Shown here one piece after another: positions 1-12,200 of a stretch of 64,000 nt of DNA (the stretch's first letter is position 1; each line of letters begins with the position of its first letter). The notes beneath the pieces were generated by a model. The model was not told the DNA's origin and made no database searches. It worked only from the letters and a program-made list of their open reading frames with translations. Source of the DNA: Lytechinus pictus (Eukaryota); NCBI RefSeq assembly GCF_037042905.1, contig NC_087245.1, positions 11,162,001-11,226,000 on the forward strand, read 5' to 3'. The translations under genes were made by a program, and so were the position numbers.

Positions 1-229
1 TCAAAATCATGATTATTTAAGCTAAATATTTTTTTTTTAATAAAAGTAATATTTTTAATATTTATACCCAGAATAACCGATCTAAAAATTGTTCATTAAA
101 AAATATTTGAAATTAAGAAATGAAAAAAAATCAACTCGACAAATTTCCCAAAACCCCACCTTATTTTTTAAAGTGGTCACAAAATTCGAGCGGAGTTGAC
201 CTTCCTTAGAGCAACACGCTTGTGTGTTG

Positions 230-720
230 CTGCCCTCTACGTTCGTTGATGCGCACATAGAGCTATGATGCGCGCAAGCTAGGACGTCATGACGTTGATC
301 TCTGGGGGAGGTCACATATCCTGGAGCTAAACGATGGTAAGCATTGAAAGTTGGAAGCCAGTGCAACTCGATCAGAATAGAGGTGGTTTGGTCATATTTC
401 TTCGTACCAGCATAGAGCTTATGGTACCAGCAAGCAGGCGAGCAACAGCATTCTGTAAGCATGCACTGGAGTCTGTCTAGTATAGTGGAAGGAAGACCAG
501 CCAGCAGACTGTTAACTGAAGTCAGACCAAGAGGTGATTAAGGAACGGATTAGCCATTCTGCTGCAGAACGTGTAAGTAGTGAATTTATTGCCGATTCTT
601 TCGTAGTTGGTAGTAAGTCGCGTGACGTACAGTACCTTTGAAATTCTATTGTCCATCTTAATGCACTGGTTGAAGAAGACCAGTGTGTTGGCTCAGTTGG
701 TAACTGATACTTTGCTGAAA
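230..720 (-). mobile_element. Decayed 3' fragment of an L2/CR1-group LINE ORF2
   Basis: Minus-strand frames give NSLLAGLPSTILDRLQ, LQNAVARLLAG and TKKYDQTTSILIELHWLP. These match the C-terminus typical of L2-clade ORF2, with frameshifts. Boundaries approximate. Confidence 0.75.
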
Positions 721-1316
721 CTGGAATACATTGAGCAAATTAGACTCAAGTTATTTTTGTTCTGGTCCATGTAAGAAAATCAACTGGCACAGTAGAAATT
801 TATTGAAAGCCATTAAAAAAAATGCGTTTTTCTTCTGACATGTCTGGGGCATCTAACACATAGCACAGTAGAGCAAGCAATTCCTTTTCATTAGAAGATA
901 CACTATTGTGGTGTCAGTGGTAGGGTGTTGGCACAATAGACTACTTAGAACAACACACAATAGACTACTTAAAACATCCAATTGTATCCACTTCTACTTG
1001 GCTGATCATGAATAGCACAAATCAAAAGACGCTTTACTAATAAACATTACATGTACAATTGCATGTGAGACATGAAGGCAAATGCTGGACTGGCAGCGTC
1101 TAAATTCTGAAGAAATTGATTTCCACCTTTTATGACAATAGGGTTTCCAAAACAGAACGTGAAACGTCATCGACAGTCCATGTACCATTTTAGTCCATAT
1201 GAATCTAAACTCAAATATACTACAAGAAAGTGGATAATACAAAAAAAAGGAAGGAGTAAAAAAAACAGGGGTCACCGGTCGCCAAAATGGGGCGCACGTA
1301 CCACCAGAATACTCAC

Positions 1317-1500
1317 GCGCAGTGGGCTGCAGTCAAGACCCATTGATTGCTGATCAGAGTTCCACCACAGAAGTAACCTCCCATCCGAACAGAAGCGATC
1401 CATGGGAAATCCCCTAGATCAGCATTGACTCCTCCCACTATCCTAGACTGATAGTCATCTACAGCGGGACGGGTACCGCACATTGATTCTCCTGTGAGAT
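1317..1500 (-). CDS. Protease exon 12: activation site and start of trypsin domain
   Basis: [60 protein letters not shown]; acceptor ...gtccatag, donor GTGAGT at 1316-1311. Confidence 0.95.
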
Positions 1501-3190
1501 CTATGGACATGAAAAACGTGAAAATGGAGATGCACATTAATATGTCATCAAGAATTCTGAATGATGTCCGCTTAAAGGAACATTCGTTGAACACTGCAAA
1601 TAGTTGAAAATATGTGAAAAGGGAATGAATGTACTTTTTGGCATGTGACTTACCACCTTCTCCACCAGCGCAATAGGATTCATCCAGATTGTCGTCGTTG
1701 CTTAGTAGTTGACAATTTATCGGCCATTCTGCATTCATTGTTGCTTGGAAGGAGTCTCGACATGCATCTGTAACTTCTTCACATAGACTCCTGCAAGGGC
1801 GTCGAGAAGGACCGCCATGTGGACAGTCAGCAAAAAGCATACCACAGAAGAGAAGCAGAAAGTCTTCATGACATTCTACCATGATGGTTGTTTCTTCAAT
1901 CAAACTGATTGCAGTATCAAGGTCTTGGGCTGATGGGTTTGGGAAGTAAGTCCGATTGTAAGAAAGAACTTCTCCGCACCGAGGGAAACGGACATCACTA
2001 CATTGAGCTGGAAACAAAGCAAAATAGTAATAAATAGATAAATATAAAAACTGTCACATCGGAAACAAAAATGAAATACGAATGCATTTATCATTTAGTG
2101 ATAATAGTGGATAATGTGGTCTTGTTTTCTTGAATTCCATTGCTATTCACGATTTAACAGATTTAATAAACGTCATAACACTTACGACATAGATCTTCGT
2201 CAGAGAAATCCGAGCAATCATTTTCCCCGTTGCAAATGTTATCAGACACAATACATTTACCATCTCCACACTTGAAGTCACACGTCGCATTATCTGAAAG
2301 AATCGAATTGATGATCGGTGAAAATACCGTAAATATAACAAGTTTGTTTAATAGTTTTATACATTTTGAATTTCCTTTTAAATCTGTAAGTTGAGCACAA
2401 TTTAGCCTACTGAATGTAGAGTGCAATAATGATAATGAGATCTTTCCAGTTTCATTTATCAATGTCCATGTAAACTTTTATCAAGAACAGAAATAAACCA
2501 ACACAACTTCTTTTTCATTTAACCAATCTAGGGTGCACGTTCCCGATGTTTCACAAGGTTTCATGAAGATCTATACCAAAAATGTGTATTTTCTTTCTTG
2601 ATCGATTAGAACCATTTCCATTTATCGATGTTTTAAAGTCATTTGAGATTTGCATAGTTTTTCAGAAACAATGGAGGGTTCATCTCACCCGCTGACACAT
2701 CTTACGTCACTTACTCTAAAGGGTAGTAAATTGACCCTATATGCATTTGTATGCTGAGCCTGCTATGGACAAAATGAGATGTGCTGTTGATTCAGATTGG
2801 AAGAGGCGATTTTTAAAATGTTGTGGTAAAATTGTTGCAATGGTTTCCGGCGCTTTTCTGTTAGAACACAGACCAGTGCTTTTCATTATGGATGTTTCTA
2901 TGTTGGCAAATTAGAAACGATGTATACTTTTAAGAGGCAAACAACAGTAGACCTCTTATAGAATAAATTTATAACCATTACTAGTTGCTAAACTTGGCAC
3001 GATTTCCACAAGCTTGAAAAAAGTTCGTAACGAACTTGGAACCTTTATTCAAAAAGTCTACATACATATATATATATAAGAATTAAAGACGAAACTAGTT
3101 AAAGTGGAATATTTGAGCATTCTTTGACTATTCTTCATTTAGTTTGATTATTATTTTCTTTCCGTGACGGGGGACATACTTCGTTATTTC

Positions 3191-3242
<52 letters not shown>

Positions 3243-6200
3243 AATATATAAGAGTTGCCAAAGCTGTAGTACATGTATAACTTCACACATTTATATATAT
3301 ATATATATATATATAGAATAAAAGTCATTTAGACAAAAGTTTAATAATCTAAAATTAATGGAGAATATTTGCTTCTTACCAGATAACGTTGTTACTTCAG
3401 CTTCTGCAGATGTGGTCGTTTGACTGCCTGTGGTCACAGCCGAAGTGGTTGGTGCCGCAGTTGACGTCGACAGGGTAGTTGTTGCAGCGGTCGTTTCAGT
3501 GGTGGTTACAGTGGTTGTTGCAGTGGTCGTTGGTAATTTGGTGGTCGATGTTGTTGTAGCAGCGGTCGGTGTGCTAGCCGGTGGCGCTACAGTTATTATT
3601 TCAATATCAACGGAAACTGTGGTAAGAGGAAGTAAACAAAGATGTAAAATGTGTTAAGATTTGAAAATGAAGACGAATATTTTATTGCGAACCCATCTGA
3701 GGATGCGTTATGTGGGCCCTGTGGGCTGTTTCATAACATTTTTCAACGCTGACTGAATTGTCAGTGTGACTATTTCATGAAAAGGTCACCTGTTTGAAAG
3801 ACTTTTCCTTCTTATGACTGTCAAATTAATATGTAACGTTGTAGCTATATTTTGTTCATAAATAATTCATTAAAAAATTTATTCAGGAATCTGAATATCA
3901 AGGCAAAATTCTTTATGTTATTGTTATCGCTATAAATTTGACAAAACCTTTCATTCATCGGGAATATCTAGGATGTTTTGGGTTTTGGACGATCCTGCGT
4001 AAGTTGATATATATTGATGGTAACAGAACAACTATATCAATAACATACCTTCTAATACTGTTGCCGAACCAACAGTTATTCCAATGGCTACCAAGACACT
4101 CGTTGAATTCTCTTCGGTGGCTTCTTCCAAAACCGTATTCACAATTTGAAGAGCTGTCGTTTCAATCTATAGACAGTTACAATATGAAGGATGAATGGTG
4201 TCAAGCGGCTACAACTTTCCATAAATAAAACTGATCATGTTATTAATCTTGACTTCATTTCTTTATAAATACCTACCTTATTTTGGTCACATTTAGCCGC
4301 GGACATAATGAGGAGACTGAACGTTATCATAAAATTGTGTACACCTACAATGTGGGGGCTACGGTTTACGGCGTATGTGTTAATATTATTTAAATGCGTC
4401 TTAGGGCTTGCGATTCTTGCATGGAACATTATGTTGTTCGTAAAGGCCACCGCACACCTTACGACCCGACTGGTCTGCGACTGGCTTGCGACTGGCTTGC
4501 GACTGAGTGAGGGGAGATGTGACGTCACAGCTCTTGTCAGCTTGAGAGTCACAGACCGGTCAGAGACAAGTCGCAAGGAAAATTGTAAGGATTTGACATG
4601 TCGAATCCTTATGACTGGATCGCAAACTCAATCCAACTTCCAGCCAATCAGACGGCAGAGCTAGTTGCACGACTCGTATATGATAAGCAACGCGCATACG
4701 CAGTAGTAAGCGCACTTTCTCAGTTGCTATGGCAAAATGCAAAAAGCGCATGCGTGAGTCGCAGATCGGATCGCAAGGTGTACGCGTTATAAGGTCTTTG
4801 GTGTACGCTGTCGAGGCTTATGACCACTTTGCGATCCATCTCCCGTCACTCAGTCGCAAGCCAGTCGCAGACCAGTCGGGTCGTAAGGTGTGCGGTGGCC
4901 TTAATTCGTACGGTAATCGTACAATTACCCTGTAGTATCCTCACCATCTATGCACGACAAATTTGCATAGACCGTGAAGTTCGGGCTGTATCGGTATTAT
5001 CTCCGTACGATTTCTATGAACCTCGAATGTTCAACCAAAAATACTATTTTAAAAAATATACATTTTATTCTAAATTATCAATGTACGACTATCGCCGCCT
5101 CCGGTACGGCGCCCTATTGTGATCGTATGGCAATACCTACACTACTACAGAAAAAGAAGATATGACGAAATCGTTAAAACTAGGAGAGTAATGATAACAA
5201 CAAAAACAACCATAATAATATAATAATAACAATAATAATGATAATAATGATACCATAACGCCCGTTATCGTATACAATCCGAATTAATATCTAATTGTGC
5301 GATGTGAAGGCTGATGGTGCGAGGGGCTTGCGGGCTCCGTATAGGCCAACGTTCGCCGAAAGCGGCGTTATTATGTAATCTTCATTTGTTATGTATGCAG
5401 GATTGCAAACTAACTTCTACGTGATTTACAAAAAAACGCTTGTTTTGAAATATTTTAAGAGATTATCTAACTTTTTTTTCATAATTGGTGATTTCAATTT
5501 TTTAGGATATTTTTCGCAGGATAGGATAATCCTTTGATACATTGATTTTTTTAATAATAAAACAGAAAACCAAACACACACCATTAACTCAAAGTTCTGA
5601 AGTCAATGTAGGGATATGAGCAGATATTGAAGCTTTTAGGCCCATGGAATGAATACATTTTATTTCAACTGCAAACTTAGTCGAGTAATATGCTTTTCAC
5701 ACTGCACTTTTTTCCCTTAACCCCAGGAAATTGGTGGGGCTAAGGGGGGGGGGGGTCTTAGCCCCACCAATTTCCCGGGGTTAAGCTTAGCCCACTTCGT
5801 TTTCACACTACGTTTTAGCAAAGTGGGCTAGCATGGTAAATAGTACGGTACTATCTGGCCCTGCAAAAAAGCAGGGTTAGCCGGCTTATTGTGGTGCTAG
5901 CACCACAACTGCAGTGTGAAACGAAACAGGGCTAAGGAAAAGTGGGGCTAAGCATTAGCCAATCACAGAAGTCGAAATTGCACGTCAATCGCGCTCTGTA
6001 TGGTAAAATCATCAATATTTATGAGCTGTGTGATTGCCCGGGGTTAAGGCGTTAACCCCGGCTAAGCAAATAGTATGGGGTTAAGAAAGACAGAGTGAAT
6101 CGAAAAAAAGATAGTATGGGGTTAAGGATAGTCCGGGGTTAAGGATAGTATGGGGTTAAGGAAATGCAGTGTGAAAAGCATATTGTTTTAAGAATGAAAG

Positions 6201-9200
6201 TCTATAAATAAAAAAATATCATCAATATATATTTTCAAGACCAATTCTTATATTGAAAAGAAATTGAACGAGTCTAATTTTCACACACTGAAACATTGCT
6301 GTTGTATAAACAAGGTACATGAACTTGCAAATAAAGTTGAGCGATTGGACGTGCCCTCGATATGGCGAATAAAAATGATTAAAACGTCTGTTTTAGACTC
6401 GCCGTATTTAATTACCGTCATAGAGCAAATGTGACTGCGCCATTTCTATCACGAGCACTCCCTCCTCGAGCTCGCACACAGTTATGAGAGTTTGATATAC
6501 TTTCTTTATCTCTTGACTTCTTAAGTATGAGGTAATTCATTTGACTCGAATATGTATATAGGAATTCCTTTCATAACAGTCAAGTCACAATCGTGATGTA
6601 AAGGAAATGAAACCAATTTGAAACAAACCTTCCGGCCAGATTCATGGTCCAATCCACACCAAATTTTTGTGAGCTTCAGTCCCACATCACAATACTTCTT
6701 TTACGTCTATTCATATTCATACAAGCACCGCTTCTTGAATAGACCACATAATACACTTTCCGAGTTGCTACGCATTTATTTACACTGTTAGAGGATTTCA
6801 CCGATACATAAAAGATCGCACCATTTCCCCCTTCTCTGGCGTCCCTGGCAACATGTTATAGTATGAAAGGGTGAATCAACACGTTGAATTTAGAAGGCTT
6901 CTCCAAAGTAGATAGATAAGTCGAGCGATGTTTGCATAAAGTGTACATCCAGGTCATGTATAGTGATTTCTTGCATGAATACGATTTCTTCTACGATAGT
7001 CTTTTGTTATGTCATATCACTCATCAATGTATGTTTACATCACTTAACTGTCTTCGGTTGAATTTGAATTAACATAAGAGGTATCTACGAGACAATATTT
7101 TTGCACCGACTTTTGCCAGTAGCATGCATATAAAAAAATGTGGCCTTGATACCACAAATCCATGAAGCTTTGAGGCAATGCCATTTTTTTTATTTGATAA
7201 ATCCCCGAACTAACATTGCATCTATTACGAACAAAACCCTAATCTCGTTATTGGAAGACGTGGATGCAGTTTACACTCCCAGGGAAGTTTTTTCTCAAAA
7301 ATAATATTTTTTCACTAGATTACCAAGCTTCGTTCAAGCCTGGAAAATTTCACCAAGTTATGAAATAGTTAATTCCTATAAAACTTATCGGAAGGTGAAC
7401 GGAAACAAACTTACAGACCGGTGGAATTTTACCGCTTAACAGTTGAATTATACAATTCAAATTTGTTAGCCTTGAAAATTACGCTTTCTTCGGCTTGAGC
7501 TTGTAAGACGCCAATAATAGGATATCGGAAGAGGTAAAGTAATAAAGCACATTTAACGCTCGTGAAAGTAGGGGTTTATTGACAAAATACTTATTGGTTT
7601 ATTGGTAAAAATCTTGCAATTAATAACCATTTTGTTGTTTTTTGTTTACAAAAAGCATGATGGATAGATACTACAGCTGCATGGCACATTGAAAGCGTTT
7701 ATATGTACAACACAGTATTAATGAGGGGGCTGATGAAATCACCCCAGTCACGTTGTTTCATATCTTTTGACATGAAAATAATGTATCAAAAGTTTATTCA
7801 TTGTAATGACAAAAAAAATCAGGTTGGTTCGCTCTGTTGTGATTCATTCAAGTGCTTGCTTATTCTAAGATCTAACAACATAGATATACTAAATAGGTTC
7901 ATTATTGCGGAATGAAATAATCGCTAAAGGGTATTCATTTGTCTCGCAATCTACTATGGTCAACAAGGAAATTCGTGATCACTCTCGCAAAAAGTGTTCA
8001 CTAGCTTTCTAGGAAATTCGTGATCACTCTCGCAAAAAGTGTTCACTAGCTTACAAGTTCACGAGCTTGTGAACTTGTAAGCTAGTGAACTTGTAAGCTA
8101 GTGAACACTTTTTGCGGGAGTGATCACGAATTTCCTAGAAAGCTATATATAGTGAACACTTTTTGCGAGAGTGATCACGAATTTCCATGTTGACCATAGT
8201 AGATTGCGAGACAAATGAATAACCTCTAGCGATTAACATAGATATATTTCTGCATTTCATAATACTCGAAGTACGTGACATTATCGACTCTTTTATTTGC
8301 ATAATCCTCCATCATATAACTGTCTTATGAAAATAAGCAAAACCTTAAAATGCTATACATTTCTTATTTCACATTGAAGGTAACAAAATTCCTAGTGCTA
8401 TGTTATATAGTTTGTATTTTCTATATATATTCAAATCAACTTTTCGATATTATTATCTTGATCTTTGAGATATTAATAGCCACGCTGCTGAATAGAATAT
8501 TACGTATATGCATGGGGTAAAATGAGAAAAATACATATTTATGAGTAAGCCTATACCATGAATAATCTCTTGCCTTACCTGTGCTATGAGGGCTATGGAA
8601 GAGTCGACTTCCTCATTTGTGCTGCCGGAATCTGTTTGAGTATCTTCGATTAAATCTTGGATATCTAACAGTACCACGTAAAAGTTGACGATAATACTCC
8701 CAGAGCTGAAAATGTAATTGAAATTAATAATGATAATACAATGGATTTATAAAGCGCTTTTTGCCAGAGGATACAAGGCACTGCTACTATTACCCCGGCT
8801 TTAGCTCGAGCTACCGTCACGGGCGCTCAGTGCATGCAAGGAATTACTCCTGCCGGGTACCCATTCACCTCACCTGGGTCGAGTGCAGCACAGTGTGGAT
8901 AAATTTATTGCTGAAGGAAAACACGCCATGGCTACGATTTGAACCCACGACCCTCTGTTTTAAAGGCGAGAGTCAGAACCACTAGGCCACGACGCACCCA
9001 CATTAATGAATGAATGGATAAATAAATATTGATAGACATGATATATTGACAATTTAGTATATAATGGGGATATTAATTAAACAATAATAATGATAATGAT
9101 AATAATAGTACGCAGAAAAGAGAAACGAAGTGGAAGTTTAAGAAGAATAAAAAAAAAGAATAAAAAAAAGAAAAGGGAGAAGGAAAGAGGACATCAAAAA

Positions 9201-12200
9201 ATAAGAAAAGTGAGAGAAAAATGAATAACAACGGGATACGAAATATAAAAAATTATATTTTAACTCATAACTGATTGAAAGAAATAATATTTGTGGATTT
9301 TATGAAATATAATATAAGTCTGTTTGATCAGCCCCGTGCTTATTGAAATACAATAAAAAAAAGTGTGATATAAGTGATGCAAATGTACAAACGCTTTTCG
9401 TATTTTCTTATTTTATTGTGGCTTTATTAAGTACCTAGCTCCATATTAACTCAACTGAGTACATCCAACATCCAATTACCTACCTAAAACCAGTGACATA
9501 TGTGCCATTATAAACGTCAGCATACTCTCCACTCAAAAATACTGCATCCATCTGAAAATATTCAACAGAATATGGTGATGTGTCAACAAATCTTATACAA
9601 CAACAGACATCTTTCTAAGATCTGCGTCTTTGTACTGTTTCTTTCCGTCTTATTCATCTGTGATAACATTCTCATTCTTTAAAAAAATAATCTCGGCTGA
9701 AAAATACAATTCAACAAGCGAAAACAGACAAGATTGTATTAAAATCTGATACAAATAACGAATTTATTAATCAATGACTTAACATTATTTCAGTGAAACA
9801 GTTCTATATGATCATGTCTTCATGAATATGCAATAGGTGTGCTGATGATAACATGTCCCCATTCACATTTTGTTTTATTGAATGAAATAATTATTCTTTC
9901 ACATTTTCATAAGTTTGTAAAATATGTGTAACAAAATGGGTTTCAGTATGATTTTCTTACACTTTAAATCAATAGTGGAACCTTGTTTACATTTTTGAAG
10001 GACAGTGCTTAAATGTAATTTCAAATAAGAAAAGTACAAAAAGAATAATTAGGGAAATGTGACATCATCAGCCAGCCTATATTGCATATTTATGAAGGCA
10101 TGCACGGAAGTGTTTCACCGGAATAATCCATAACTTTTTTTTCATTCTGCAATTTTGATGAAATGTACAGAAGCTAAGCTTGAAAGGTCCCTCCGCATCC
10201 TCTTAAATCCGTTTGTTATCATTTTGCTGGAACGCGATGGAATTTGGTTTCTCGTTTTTAAACGAATATTGTCATTGTCTATCCTGAAGATTTACTTCTT
10301 TTATAAGACGATTAAAAGTTAAAGAAACTTACTACAACGGTAAAGTTGGTTTCTAATTCTTGATATTGCTCCGACGATGAGTCATTGTAAGCTTCCGTAA
10401 AGACTTTATCACCAAATGACATTGATCCAGAGACGTTTATACTTGCTGGGGGTAGGTAAATGTCAGCATTGATAAATATTGAAGAAAAAAAAATGAATTT
10501 CAAACAACGTAAACTTAAGAACAAACTATTGACAATAATACGCAATATTGAAAACAATGGTTGTATATAAATTTACAATATTGATTTGATTTTTGATGCT
10601 GATGATTAGGCCTATATGTGAAATTCTTTATTGTTATCAATAACAACAACATTAGCAGCATAATGATAATTATAATATTAACAATAATGCTAATAATAAT
10701 GCTATTATCATTGGTACTAGTTACACTATCTTTACCAATTATCATAGGGCCATATCATAGGGCCTAAAATGACAATTATAACAATGATCATAATAATAAC
10801 AACCATGGGAAATATTGACATTTATGATTATTATATCCATTATAATTAGGGATAATGATGATGTGAACAATCACGATTTAAAAAATATATTTCGCACTCG
10901 TATCTATAACTAAGACTATTAAAGGACAAGTCCACCCCAGCAAAAAGTGGATTTGAATAAAACAAGAAAAATCCAACAAGCATAACACTGAAAATTTCAT
11001 CAAAATCGGCTGTAAAATAAAAAAGTTATGACATTTTAAAGTTTCGCTTAATTTCACAAAACAGTTGCAAATGAGGAGACTGATGACGTCATCCACTCAC
11101 TGTTTTTTTTAATTTTTATTACATGAAATATTCTGATTTTCTCCTCATTGTCAAGTGAAACAACGATTAATTTCTGCCTTAACATGTGGATTTAGCATCG
11201 TTTAATATTATACATGCTATATCATGTATATGGTTCAGTCAAGTTGGTCCTTATTTTCAAATCTGTAAAAAATGTAATATTTTGTAATTCAAACAATACA
11301 AAAACAAAGAAATAGTGAGTGATGGACATCATCGACTGACTCATTTGCATGACACTAATTTGTGCATATCACTGTTTTGTGAAAAATAAGCAAAACTTTA
11401 AAATGCCATAACTTTCTTATCTTACATCCGATTTTGATGGAATTTCAAGCGTTATGCCAGTTTGATTTTTCTCTATTTATTCAAATCAACATTTTTCTGG
11501 GGTGGACTAAAGAAAAGAATGTACTTACACACCACAACCTCTTCAATAAATACGGGGTCTGTAGGGGAAACAGTCGCCGCTAAAATAAAATAGGATTTAA
11601 AAAAGTTCAGTTATAATGATGGTAGTGCTTCAAAGTTATGATGCAATATTATGATGCATAACATTCATTCTATTCAAAGTTTTCATTATCAATTTATTCT
11701 TTGAAATTCATTTTTATTGAACATTAAACTTGGATATCAAAGAAAGAAAGAACATGAATAATCGAAATACTTTCTTTTACTGTTCATGCACATGATTCAT
11801 TTGTATTAGTGATTTGTTTCAATACAGTAAAGAGTGCATGAAGACTGTATGAACAATTTATAAAACTTTACACAATACAATTGATAAAATATATTTTTAC
11901 TCACTTTCTTCGCCACTGCTGACAACTGCATAAACAAAATGGTAAAAAAAGTTATTGAATTACTTGTTAAGTTTTCATTATATCCAGTCAAAAAGTAATG
12001 GTTGCACACTGTACCAAATGGGTATATATCAATGTAAGAATTTATTCGAATGTGTCTCAGAAGGATATTACACGCGATGGCATTAATAAACCTTGTGTAA
12101 TCTAGGAGACCAGGGTCGAGGGGGTAGAAAGAGAATAAATAATAGAGGAGGGACAAAAAATGTGCACTGATTAAGACTTTGAAATTTGACAAACATTCTT

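Noticed and set aside
82..462. 126-aa ORF as a host gene or next protease exon
   Set aside because: Only the LIELHWLP region is recognisable and it is LINE-derived; no trypsin Asp/Ser motifs are seen in 1-1316.
933..977. CACAATAGACTACTTA repeated twice
   Set aside because: Simple local tandem duplication, not an array.
3430..3657. Val-rich plus-strand ORF
   Set aside because: Antisense shadow of the Thr-rich exon.
4235..5165. Cluster of overlapping ORFs on both strands
   Set aside because: Generated by the palindromic MITE; no domain similarity.
6630..7130. More balanced-composition intronic stretch ending at a possible donor
   Set aside because: Stops in the minus frames I translated and no recognisable protein motif.
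7966..8190. Repeated 37-44-bp units resembling a CRISPR array
   Set aside because: Eukaryotic context, no unique spacers, units are inverted halves of a foldback element, no cas genes.
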